Notes under the pieces: model-generated
Databases searched by the model: none
What the model was told of the DNA's origin: nothing
The model's input: only the letters and a program-made list of their open reading frames with translations
Part shown: positions 1 to 10,353 of the stretch, piece after piece
Position numbering within the stretch: position 1 is the stretch's first letter
How the letters are laid out: each line of letters opens with the position of its first letter
Made by a program: the position numbers and the translations under genes
Assembly: GCF_006345805.1 (NCBI RefSeq)
Contig: NW_021823894.1
Coordinates: 1 to 21,507 of the forward strand
Length of the DNA: 21,507 bases
Source: Octopus sinensis
Lineage: Eukaryota
Direction: 5' to 3'

Positions 1-91
1 GCATGTATGTGAGTGCGTGTATTTACGTGCGTGTATATGTATGTGTATGTGTATGTATATGTGTATGTATGTATGTGGATATATATATGTG

Positions 92-122
<31 letters not shown>

Positions 123-410
123 GTGTGTGTACGCTTGTGTGTTTATGTATATGTAGGTATGTAGAGTTATGTGTATGTGTATGTATGTATGTATATATAC
201 ATATGTGTAAATAGGTATATATGTGTATGTTTATATGTATGTATCCGTCTGTATAATGGATAACTGCATGTATATATATTTATTATTTATTATTTATTAT
301 TTGAGTATGCATGTATGTATATATGTATATGTTTGTATGCATGTATGTATTTATGTATATAAGGATGCGCGCGTGTGTGTGTATGTGTATGCATATGTAT
401 AAACATATGC
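1..410. repeat. Compound (TA)n/(TG)n/(TATG)n microsatellite region
   Basis: Direct reading; ORF 17..214 is only its low-complexity translation. Confidence 0.95.
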
Positions 411-511
411 ATTATCACCGAACCTGGAGCTTAACTATGGTCTATCCATAGCACTTACTCAGCCTTACCTGACACCTTTGGGTCTTACTGACACCATTAC
501 CTCTCATAACG

Positions 512-549
<38 letters not shown>

Positions 550-560
550 ATATATATATA

Positions 561-720
561 CGACGGACTTCTTTCAGTTTCCGTCGACTAAATCCATTCA
601 CAAGGCTTCGGTCGGTTTGTGGCTATAGTAGACACTTGCCCAAGATGCCACGCAGTGGGACTGAATCCGGAACTATGTGGCTAGTAAGCAAGCTACTTAC
701 CACACAGCCACTCCTGCACC
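561..720 (-). mobile_element. tRNA-derived SINE, 5' portion (cephalopod-type family)
   Basis: The minus strand reads GGTGCAGGAGTGGCTGTGTGGTAAG (A-box-like, 700-710), GGATTCAGTCC (B-box-like, 658-668), then TTGGGCAAGTGTC...GGAAACTGAAAGAAG. The 3' part is homologous to 3370-3455. Flanked by (TA)n on both sides. Confidence 0.8.
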
Positions 721-789
721 TATATATATATATATATATGTTTATATGTGTGTGTGTGTGTGCGCGTGTGTGTGTGTGTGTGTATGTGT

Positions 790-875
790 GTGTGCCAAGT
801 TTCGTTGCTCTACTGCTATGGGAAGTGGGTCAGGGGCATTACTTATTGAACGCCCCTCGTAACAGTTGTACTGAA

Positions 876-906
<31 letters not shown>

Positions 907-911
907 CTATG

Positions 912-950
<39 letters not shown>

Positions 951-951
951 T

Positions 952-992
<41 letters not shown>

Positions 993-999
993 CACACAA

Positions 1000-1038
<39 letters not shown>

Positions 1039-1043
1039 CATAG

Positions 1044-1078
<35 letters not shown>

Positions 1079-1162
1079 CAGTACAACTGTTACGAGGGGC
1101 GTTCAATAAGTAATGCCCCTGACCCACTTCCCATAGCAGTAGAGCAACGAAACTTGGCACAC
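790..1162. repeat. 373-bp near-perfect palindrome (inverted duplication) centred on an (AT)n tract
   Basis: 790-958 is the reverse complement of about 992-1162, including GTGCCAAGTTTCGTTGC...CCCCTCGTAACAGTTGTACTGAATG and the interrupted microsatellite pattern; the centre 959-991 is (AT)n. Confidence 0.95.
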
Positions 1163-2363
1163 TTATTAGTCTTTTTCTACATAGGAACCACCCAGAGTTA
1201 CGCATTTCTCCCATCGTTTGATGCGGCTCTGGAGACCGTTTTTGTAGAAGAACCCAGCTTGGTCCTCCAACCTCAACGTGACTTCAGAAATCAACGCTTT
1301 CCTTTCAAAAACAACTTCATGATTGGGAAGAGGTGAAAATCAGAGCGTGCAAAGTCAGGAAAGTAGGGGCGATGGGGAGGAGTTCATAGCCATACGCCTG
1401 TGCTTCTGATCTGGCGACAAGCGAGTTGTGGACCGGAGCGTTGTCCTGCAGGAGGAGGATGCCTTTGCTGATCTTGCTCCGCCTCTTGATTTTGATAACT
1501 TCTCTTAATTTCCTCAGAAGTGAAGCATAATAGGCTCCTGCAATTGTGGTACCCTTTGCCAGGAAATCTGTCATCACTACTCCGTCCTGGTCCCAGAAGA
1601 CTGTGAGCATGACCTTGCCAGCGGAGGGCTGCACCCTTGCCTTCTTCGGAGGGGGTGAGTCACGGTGCTTCCATTGCATTGACTGGGATGTGGTCTCTGG
1701 ATCATCGTGATGGACCCAGGTTTCATCCTGTGTAATCAGTCTTTTGAAAAATTTTGACTCATCTTCTTGGCACATCTCCAAATTCACCCTCGAGCACTCG
1801 ACGCGTTCTTGCTTCTGGAAAGGCGTGAGCAACCTGGGAATCCATCTGGCAGACACCTTTTGCATATGTAATGATCATGAATGATAGTTTCCACAGACCC
1901 GGTACTAATCTTGACCTCATGGGCTATTTGGCGAATAGTTATGCGTCGATCTTCGTAAATGGCAGCCTCAACTTGACGGACAGATGCCTCATCAATGGCA
2001 GAAGGGGGCGACCAGATCTGGGAGCTGTTTCCACAGAGTTCCGACCATGTTTGAATTCACGATGCCAGCGTTTTACAAGGTCATATGATGGGGCATCATC
2101 ACCATAAGTTACTTTCATTTCATCAAAAGTCTCCCGTGGTGTGCGTCCTTTCAAATACAAAAACCGGATCACTGCTCGACACTCAACAGGCTCCATTTAA
2201 CACTTGACTCGGTTCAAACACCTGTAAATCAGAAACCACAATTAATTCAGAGCTGTAATTTGCCACTTACTCTATAGAGATATAAATGATTGCACATGCA
2301 AAATTTCGGCTAGATCAAATAATTGCAAGTGGGTCAGAGGCATTACTTATTGAACGTCCCTCG
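1093..2363 (-). mobile_element. Full-length mariner (Tc1/mariner, DD34D) DNA transposon, probably irritans/Hsmar2-like subfamily
   Basis: 37-bp TIRs CGAGGGGCGTTCAATAAGTAATGCCCCTGACCCACTT (1093-1129) and its inverse ending at 2363 (2 mismatches); TA on both sides (1091-1092, 2364-2365); 1271 bp; encodes a transposase. Confidence 0.95.
1166..2196 (-). pseudogene. Frameshifted mariner transposase
   Basis: ORF 1939..2196 gives the N-terminal HTH (MEPVECRAVIRFL...PRSGRP). ORF 1317..1865 gives WIPRLL, QDETW and QDNAPVH. A further frame gives [11 protein letters not shown] and the end GGSYVEKD* (TAA at 1166-1168). At least two frameshifts. Confidence 0.93.
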
Positions 2364-2632
2364 TATATTATGAATCCACTGATTATTGCATAAGTTTAGA
2401 TTACATAAAAATATATTTAGTACATAATGTCTATACTTGGAATAATATGATTAAACATTTTATGAACTTTTTTTCTTTGATATTTGTACACAATTTTATA
2501 TACTTACTTGATAAGTCACGAAAATTTCTTATAGAAAAAATATTAGTTAAATATTTTTTTCTTTAGAGAATGGTAAGAATATGACAAGTGAAATTAAGTA
2601 ATTAACAAATTAAACAAACTCGGAGATAACAA

Positions 2633-3022
2633 ACCTGGACGTTATCAAAGAAGCTTGAGAGGCGGTTGGATGGAACTTACACTCGCCTCCTTATGAGAGC
2701 TCAAAATCTCTCGTGGAAGCGTCATCCAACCAAAGTACAAATATATGGGAAACTACCACCTGTATCATCTCTTGTGAAAGGTAGAAGAGTCCAGTTTGCT
2801 GGACATTGTTGTAGAGCTGAAAACGAGGTAATTTCTACTCTTCTCCTCTGGAAGCCATCTGCTCGCGATACCAAAGGGTACACACTCTCCTACCCTGATG
2901 TAATCTCCAGGGATAAAGGCATCCAGCAACAGGGCCTCCGTAATGCTATGATGAACCGTGAAGTCTGGCGTAACATAGTAAATTCCATTGTCTCGACCAC
3001 GGTCGAACAATGATGATGATGA
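2633..3022 (+). mobile_element. 5'-truncated non-LTR retrotransposon (RTE-type LINE) 3' end with (TGA)n tail
   Basis: Translates as WTLSKKLERRLDGTYTRLLMRAQNLSWKRH...RRVQFAGHCCR...LLLWKP..., the post-RT C-terminal region typical of RTE-clade LINEs; the stop runs directly into TGATGATGATGA. Confidence 0.8.
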
Positions 3023-3369
3023 GAACTGTCGAATCTCAACTCTTCGACTCTCGACCCACGTTTGATGACCAGTTGCTGGTCTATTTATAATGGCTGGTCC
3101 TACCACTTTTTACCAGGAGGGGTATGCAGTTTTCACTATACGACACAGGCTTACAAAAAAAGTACTGGGATCATCTTGTTGGATTATTACTTTGAATGTG
3201 GTATCGCAGTATGATCGCAAATCATTGACTAAAAAAAAAGTTTAAAAAGGTAATCAAAAGTCAAAATTTCTGAGTAATAAAAAATTTCTAAGAGAATAAT
3301 ATTAGAGGTTTTTTTTGTTTAAAACAGGGATCGGCGAACCGGAATAAATTACCCCAAGTGGGGTAAAAC

Positions 3370-3733
3370 TGGGCAAGTGTCTTCTACTAGAGCCTCGGGC
3401 CGACCAAAGCCTTGTGAGTGGATTTGGTAGACGGAAACTGAAAGAAGCTCGTCGTATATATGTATACATATATATGTGTATGTGTGTGTGTGTGCGCGCG
3501 TGTGTGTGTGTGCGTGCGCGCGCGCGTGCGTGTGTATGTGTGTGTGTGTGTGTGTATGTTTATGTGTCTGTGTTTGTCCCCCCCAACATCGCTTGACAAC
3601 CGATGCTGGTTCGGCAAAAGAGACCGATAGAATTAGTACTAGGCTTCCAATGAATAAGTCCTGGGCTCCATTTGCTCGACTAAAGGCGGTGCTCCAGCAT
3701 GGCCACAGTCAAAAAACTGAAACAAGAAAAGAG
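3370..3733 (+). mobile_element. SINE (same family as 561-720), 5'-truncated, with internal (TG)n/(CG)n microsatellite
   Basis: TGGGCAAGTGTCTTCTAC...GACGGAAACTGAAAGAAGCTCGTCG, then microsatellite, then GCTTGACAACCGATGCTGGT...GGCGGTGCTCCAGCATGGCCACAG...ACTGAAACAAGAAAAGA; the 3' module recurs inverted at 6171-6222 and 8918-9150. Confidence 0.75.
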
Positions 3734-4099
3734 TTCCAGTATGTGTATGTGTGTGAGTATGTGTGTGTCTGTATGTGTCTATGTATGTTTTTTCATCTGT
3801 ATATGTTCAATATATACATATGTATGTGCACATTCCTGTGCATATGTATAGGTGTAATATTCTGTGAGTGTATAGATGCAGGTATATAAAATTGTTCATT
3901 TGTCTGTGTAGATAAGCCTGAATGCTTTGGAGTCTATACATGTGTGTATATATATATGTGTGTATGTACGTATGCAAATATATATGTATATATTCATATG
4001 TGAATATTTATATATAGAGAGATAGATAGATAGATAGATAGATATAGATATAGATATAGATAAAAGCATACGCCCCATATACATACGTGTGTGTGTGTG

Positions 4100-4179
<80 letters not shown>

Positions 4180-4290
4180 TTATATATGTGTGTGTGTATG
4201 AAGATATATATATATATATATGCATATGTACAGAGACACAATACGTATGCATGTATGTGCATACATATAGCTATGTAGGTAGATATATTA

Positions 4291-5149
4291 CACTGGGAAA
4301 TATTTCAAAAATTTTTTAGTTGTCTTGCTTTTTACAATTAATCCTCGCTAATTTGATGATATTAGGTTCAGAAATGTCCCCAGAAATTTTCCATCATGTC
4401 AAGTAAACAAGAATTCTTTTTTTTTTTTTAAATCAAAAATGTCAATTTTGTCATTAAATGCAATACTGAAATAAGAAACTTACAAAAATAAAACTGGCAC
4501 TTTTTATTGTTTAACAAATATATTGCACAAATGTTTAATAACACATCTTAGAATAGATATTTCTGTCAAACTGGAGTTTCTGTTATTCAAGGAATGAACA
4601 TGCTCTTTGCTGCTTTATGTGAATGAATTGCATCATGACTGTCTCTTTGCGGTGACCCGTAGTAAGACAGCATTACGTTGGTGTTCCACCGGCCTTGATA
4701 CTTAGTCCCCATGTTCTCGATGTCTTGGCGGAACCTTTCCCCTTTCTCATCACTTATTGCCTTATGATTTTCAAGGAAGTAGTCCAGATGCCTGTGCAGG
4801 AAATGCACATTTACACTCATGTTGCAGCGCAGTGCTCGAAAACTGGTTAACAGGGTTTGCACAAGATCTTCATAATTTGATGACTTCCTTTTCCTCAGGA
4901 AACAAAAGGATTTCATGCTATTATATATTCCAAGTTATGTCATACTCCATACATGGGTTTGCATTTGATGAAGTCAAAGCTATCCTTAGAAAGAGTGAAA
5001 ATACCAGAAATGTTGAAAAAAGGATATCTAAGTTTGTGGAAAATTTTGACGTGATAGAGCAAAATGGATTTCATTTTTCAAATCAGTACCCCAGAATTAA
5101 TAGGAAACAGGTTTCCAACATCAGACAACAAAAACCCTGTTCCCCAGTG
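4291..5149 (-). mobile_element. Chapaev3-type (CMC superfamily) DNA transposon, internally deleted, copy 1
   Basis: Termini CACTGGGAA...TTCCCCAGTG with TTA on both sides (4288-4290, 5150-5152), matching the TWA TSD of Chapaev3; contains the transposase C-terminal relic. Confidence 0.85.
4587..4916 (-). pseudogene. Chapaev3 transposase C-terminal fragment
   Basis: NYEDLVQTLL...CNMSVNVHFLHRHLDYFLENHKAISDEKGERFRQDI...YQGRW matches the family motif CNMSxKxHFLHSHLDFFPxNLGAxSDEHGERFHQDI...RYQGRW. Confidence 0.85.
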
Positions 5150-5150
5150 T

Positions 5151-5183
<33 letters not shown>

Positions 5184-5294
5184 TTATATATGTGTGTGTG
5201 TATGAAGATATATATATATATATATGCATATGTACAGAGACACAATACGTATGCATGTATGTGCATACATATAGCTATGTAGGTAGATATATTA

Positions 5295-6153
5295 CACTGG
5301 GAAATATTTCAAAAATTTTTTAGTTGTCTTGCTTTTTACAATTAATCCTCGCTAATTTGATGATATTAGGTTCAGAAATGTCCCCAGAAATTTTCCATCA
5401 TGTCAAGTAAACAAGAATTCTTTTTTCTTTTTTAAATCAAAAATGTCAATTTTGTCATTAAATGCAATACTGAAATAAGAAACTTACAAAAATAAAACTG
5501 GCACTTTTTATTGTTTAACAAATATATTGCACAAATGTTTAATAACACATCTTAGAATAGATATTTCTGTCAAACTGGAGTTTCTGTTATTCAAGGAATG
5601 AACATGCTCTTTGCTGCTTTATGTGAATGAATTGCATCATGACTGTCTCTTTGCGGTGACCCGTAGTAAGACAGCATTACGTTGGTGTTCCACCGGCCTT
5701 GATACTTAGTCCCCATGTTCTCGATGTCTTGGCGGAACCTTTCCCCTTTCTCATCACTTATTGCCTTATGATTTTCAAGGAAGTAGTCCAGATGCCTGTG
5801 CAGGAAATGCACATTTACACTCATGTTGCAGCGCAGTGCTCGAAAACTGGTTAACAGGGTTTGCACAAGATCTTCATAATTTGATGACTTCCTTTTCCTC
5901 AGGAAACAAAAGGATTTCATGCTATTATATATTCCAAGTTATGTCATACTCCATACATGGGTTTGCATTTGATGAAGTCAAAGCTATCCTTAGAAAGAGT
6001 GAAAATACCAGAAATGTTGAAAAAAGGATATCTAAGTTTGTGGAAAATTTTGACGTGATAGAGCAAAATGGATTTCATTTTTCAAATCAGTACCCCAGAA
6101 TTAATAGGAAACAGGTTTCCAACATCAGACAACAAAAACCCTGTTCCCCAGTG
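5295..6153 (-). mobile_element. Chapaev3-type deletion derivative, copy 2 (tandem duplicate of 4291-5149)
   Basis: Same termini and TTA flanks, offset 1004 bp. Confidence 0.85.
5591..5920 (-). pseudogene. Chapaev3 transposase C-terminal fragment (duplicate)
   Basis: Translation identical to 4587..4916. Confidence 0.85.
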
Positions 6154-6170
6154 TTATATATATATATATA

Positions 6171-6222
6171 TTTTCTCTCTAGTTTCAGCTCAGAGCTGTG
6201 GCCATGCTGATGCACCGCCATT
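6171..6222 (-). mobile_element. Short 3' fragment of the SINE family
   Basis: TTTTCTCTCTAGTTTCAGCTCAGAGCTGTGGCCATGCTGATGCACCGCC is a diverged reverse complement of the 3686-3732 SINE end. Confidence 0.6.
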
Positions 6223-6237
6223 TATACGTATATATAT

Positions 6238-7723
6238 AAACTGGTTAACAGAGTCTGCATAATTTGATGTCTTCCTGTTTCTCAGGAAATCAGATACAAC
6301 TGCAACAAAAGCATTCCATGCGTTTTTTTCAATGCCAAACATAGTCTCCAAAAAATAGCTCGTCCTGAAATAGCCACCTGATATGTGGCCCATCAAAGGT
6401 GCCAACCTTAATTTTCTCACAAACCAAAACTGGAAACTTTCTTCTGAAGCATTTGAAGCAGCCACTGTCTCTGTGTTTCAACACATGTCTCGCACACTAT
6501 ATGGAGCGCCTAGGCTTTGTCTTGTCACCCAGTTTCATGCTTAAGGAAGTAAGGTAAGCTTTCTCCACAAAATCTGTGATTTTGTTTCACTGCCTAATCC
6601 AGAAATAAGCAGAAAACTTCGGAGCTGTTTTTACATTCCCTTCTCCTACAACTGGCTATATTTCTGAAACACAAAATATATTCAAGCCAGTTGTCACCTG
6701 GGAAAAGCATATTCAGTATAGTCGACAGCAGTGGCGGACAGGGTCTAAAAATATTGGTTACCAGGAGACTAAGGGGTGGGCACCCACAACTACAATGCTA
6801 TCATTTAATTTTTTTTTTTAATCATTCTTTTCAACTGTCTACAAACACAGCCAGACTGAAAGAATTAATGCATTCTTGCAGGAGTGAAAAGAAACTCTCA
6901 AACTTGAGAGGATGGGCGCCTTAGATACAAACATGGGCCCTATATATGGATTCTAATGGCGCAGGGGCCCACTTGCCATCGGGTAAGCTGACAACAAGGC
7001 CAGTCCGCCACTGGTCAACAGCTATAAAGTAACCAAATGCAGATTTGTGTTGGCAAAGTTCCATAAAGAGCATACATACGATGAAGTTCTTTTTACAGTT
7101 CTTTGACCTTGCTTAACGAAAGGTGACCTTGACCCATGTGACCTCACAATCAAAACATTAGGGGCACATTCAAACTACCAGTTTTCATAAGAGACAGTTA
7201 AAAATTCAACAAAGTTTGCAACGATAGTCACACTAAATCAAGCAGAGCGTGCGCATGTCTGCAGATAAATTCCGCAAATACGAGACATGTATGGTGTTAA
7301 GGACCACAAAATATGTTGCTTCTTAACGTTTAATTGTATAAAGGACATTCCGATCATTATGACATTTAAAACTGGTTACGTTGAAAATGGTGGAAAGTTG
7401 CTCAAGTTTGGTACATTTTATTTACTGCAGAGACTTAAATCATGACTTTTGTTTTCAGTTTTGCAGCTGTACTTACTTTAAATGACATTGAAAAACTATA
7501 TTTTCCAAGTTATGTCAAGCTCCATACATGGGTTCGCATTTGATGAAGTCAAAGCTATCCTTAGAAAGGGTGAAAATACCAGAAATGTTGAAAAATGGAC
7601 ATCTAAGTTTGTGAAAAATCTTGACGTAATAGAGCAAAATGGATTTCATTTTTCGAATCAGCACCCCAGAATTAGTAGGAAACAGGTTTCCAACATCAGA
7701 CAGCAAAGCCCTATTCCCCAGTG
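6238..7723 (-). mobile_element. Third, more diverged Chapaev3 relic (5' end and N-terminal/central transposase pieces; 3' end missing)
   Basis: Ends TTCCCCAGTG+TTA at 7723; 7498-7723 is homologous to 4920-5149. Minus-strand frames give RECKNSSEVFC, ITDFVEKAYL..MKLGD, HIVCETCVETQRQW (N-terminal Cys motifs), then GTFDGPHIR and EKNAWNAFVAVVSDFLRNRKTSNY. Confidence 0.8.
6729..7013. mobile_element. hAT-type MITE (285 bp) nested in the Chapaev3 relic
   Basis: TIRs CAGTGGCGGA / TCCGCCACTG; 8-bp TSD GTCGACAG (6721-6728) vs GTCAACAG (7014-7021), 7/8 match. Confidence 0.85.
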
Positions 7724-7783
<60 letters not shown>

Positions 7784-8061
7784 ACGTTCATATATATATA
7801 TTAATAATTATTATTTGAGGAAATAAAATCCAAACTTACAAGTAGTGATTTCTCTACTACTATAATCATTTCTTAAATATAGCCACGAAACACGTGTCGT
7901 TATTCTACAAATTATATACGTTTTTATTATTATTTTTTTGCAATTTACATAATCATTGATATTTTATTGTTATTTTAATTTTAATATTTCTACTATATGT
8001 AATTTTCTAGATGGTGTAATTTAATTGTTCATTCTGAATTGATAAAAGGTAGTTTTTTTTC

Positions 8062-8133
<72 letters not shown>

Positions 8134-8136
<3 letters not shown>

Positions 8137-8561
8137 TATTATAAAAGGCAGATTTTATCTGCCTCCCTTTGTCAGTTATAGAAATCTACAATATAGGATT
8201 TCTTCAATTACAATTTACCTAGCATTTTTAAGAGTAGAATGCATCGGGTTTTGCCAGGTCCGGTTTTTAAAATTTCAACCCCAATTAAGCAAAATTTAGA
8301 GAAAACTCACATTGTGGTGTATATGTCAAATGCTTTTCTTAGTTTGGGTTACAGCACACGCAAACGCACACACACAGTGTGCAACGAATAAACTGAAACT
8401 AATTCACTGTGTTGACAGGTAGACAATAGAATGCGATGGCGATGTAATATTTGTTTCTGTCTATGATACATGAGTAAAATGTATGGGAAGCTAAGAGATA
8501 AGAGTGAGTGAAAATGTTCTTGGAAGAGAGTAAATAGCGAGAGATTGATTTGAGGAAGACT
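8134..8561 (+). mobile_element. Non-autonomous Helitron-like segment, family A, copy 1 (5' end only)
   Basis: Starts A|TCTTATTATAAAAGGCAG; repeated at 10354-10799; no hairpin or CTAG at its 3' limit. Confidence 0.55.
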
Positions 8562-8597
8562 TTACATTAAATAACCGTAGTGGCTTGTATATATATA

Positions 8598-8870
8598 TAT
8601 ATACATACATAAGACAGTAAGGTGTGATTTGAGGGAGATTTGGCTGCTATTTCTACCATGTCTAGCTGCCATGTAGGGGTCTCCCTCATAGGCTCATACA
8701 TACATATATACATAGATAAGACAGTAAGGTGTGATTTGGGGGAAATTTGGCTGCTATTTCTACCAGGTCTAGCTACCATGTAGAGGTCCCCCTCATTGGC
8801 TCATATATATATACATACATAAGACAGTAAGGTGTGATTTGAGGGAGATTTGGCTGCTGTTTCTACCAGG
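8598..8870 (+). repeat. Tandem repeat, unit about 103-107 bp, about 2.6 copies
   Basis: AAGACAGTAAGGTGTGATTTG..GGAGATTTGGCTGCTATTTCTACCA recurs at 8611, 8718 and 8821. Confidence 0.9.
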
Positions 8871-8917
8871 TCTGTTAGGCCTTCTCATGCCTTGAACATA
8901 AGACCAAAGCAGAGAAT

Positions 8918-9150
8918 GTATTCTTTTATTCTTCTGCTTTTTCCAGCCATTGGTCTGTGGCCATGCTGGGGCAATGCCTTGAAGAATTGTAGTTTAATGA
9001 ATCAACTCCAGTTTTATTTTTGTAAGCATTGTACTTATTCTATCTGTTTCCTTTGTCAAACCACTAGGTGACAGGGATGTAAACAAACCAACATTCGTTG
9101 TCAAGCAGTGGTGGAGGACAATCACAAGCACAGACACGCAGACACACACC
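8918..9150 (-). mobile_element. Diverged SINE 3' half
   Basis: TGTGGCCATGCTGGGGCA and GTTGTCAAGCAGTGGTGGAGGACA are reverse complements of modules in 3575-3732. Confidence 0.6.
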
Positions 9151-9227
9151 ACACCACACACATACATGCATACACTATACACACATACATACATAAATAC
9201 ATATATATATATGTGTGTATATATATA

Positions 9228-9545
9228 TTGCAGCGTGGAAGGTGTTTGTAAGCCATTTAAGAAACACAACAAAACCGTTAGATTCACTTCAACATTTAAA
9301 TTTAATTTGCCAAATTTTCCTCGCTTTGAGACCGCGACCTGTTCACTGACAAAAATATCGTGCTAACAGGTCGCGGTCTCAAAGCGACGAAAATATTTTG
9401 GCAAATTAAATTTAAATGTTGAAGTGAATCTAACGGTTTTGTGTGTTTCTTAAATGGCTTATAAACACCTTCAACGCTGCAACTGTTTTCGTTCCAGCAC
9501 ACGATCTCAGATCAAGTCACTTGCTATGCAAGTACATCTCTGTAA
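9228..9545. mobile_element. Long-TIR foldback MITE (family H), short internally deleted copy
   Basis: 9228-9345 and 9366-9482 are inverted arms around a 20-bp spacer; the right arm continues to ...GTACATCTCTGTAA; homologous to 12309-13059 and 16525-17045. Superfamily not assignable. Confidence 0.8.
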
Positions 9546-9640
9546 CTATATATATATTTATATATATATATGTATATTGGTAAAAACAGTAAGATAACAA
9601 AAGAAAGAAAGAGACCTCAATATTATGTAAATAGAGGAAA

Positions 9641-10035
9641 TCTTTATATATAAAAGTGAGGTTGTGTGTCTGACTCCTACGATTTAGATTCCTAACTACT
9701 CCCACATTTTGCGGTGCAGTTTAACCAAAACCGAGTATCTTATAGTCGTAATTCATATCGAGCCCGTCTGAGTATTAGCGCGCATCTACGATGAGTCTAC
9801 GATTTAAAAAAAAATTTACCATCAATTTTTCCCATTTTTAATCCATTTTTGACATATATAAGGGAAGTAACTCTCTAAAATTTATTATTAAATCTCAGAA
9901 CGTAAAAAGCTACAGTAACACCCCTCCCCCTTTGTGGTTAGCCATATTGAGATGGCTATTATACTTTACATCTCTAAAAATGCTTATATAATTATTTCCC
10001 TTACAAACCCGAGCAACGCCGGGCAATACTGCTAG
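9641..10035 (+). mobile_element. Non-autonomous Helitron, family B, copy 1
   Basis: A|TCTTTATATATAAAAG 5' end; 3' hairpin CCCGAGCAACGCCGGG followed by CTAG|T; A/T target with no TSD; 395 bp. Confidence 0.85.
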
Positions 10036-10353
10036 TCTTAAAATAAAATGAAACAAAAACAGGTTCGTTAAATCGGCGATTTAATTGGAAATTTCCTGTG
10101 GTCTTTTATCGCGTGTCCTTTTTTTTTTTTAGTTTTAGTGCACCTGAGCACTATACAACAAATTCATATTCATTAAAAAAAAAATTTTTTAACCTCGAAC
10201 TTTTTTTTTTCCTGAATTCTCACTTCATACTTCGAATGACATGAGGTTTGATGTCTCGTAAATTCCGTCTATATAAATCTGAGGGAAACGTGTCCGGTTT
10301 GAAGGAAATCAGATGAGATATTTGCAAATGTCAATATTTACAATTAGCGAGTA

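Larger units (their letters stand above)
4164..6170 (+). repeat. Direct tandem duplication, unit 1004 bp, boundaries inside (TA)n tracts
   Basis: Identical ORFs are offset by exactly 1004 (4587/5591, 4757/5761, 5064/6068). By eye I found one substitution, in a T-run (about 4423 vs 5427). Confidence 0.95.

Noticed and set aside
658-720. A/B boxes as a tRNA gene
   Set aside because: No cloverleaf can be completed, and the sequence continues into the SINE body shared with 3370-3455.
3325-3365. CAGGGATCGGCGAACC and the CCCCAAGTGGGG hairpin as a hAT-Charlie end
   Set aside because: Only a loose resemblance; no partner TIR or TSD found.
7100-7150. TGACCTTG repeats as nuclear-receptor response elements
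   Set aside because: They lie inside a transposon relic, the motif is short, and there is no linked gene.
4757-7826. ORFs 4757..5323, 5761..6210 and 7482..7826 sharing an FDEVKAILRK peptide as a gene family
   Set aside because: They read through the non-coding terminal region of the Chapaev3 copies, antisense to the transposase; the similarity reflects the repeat.
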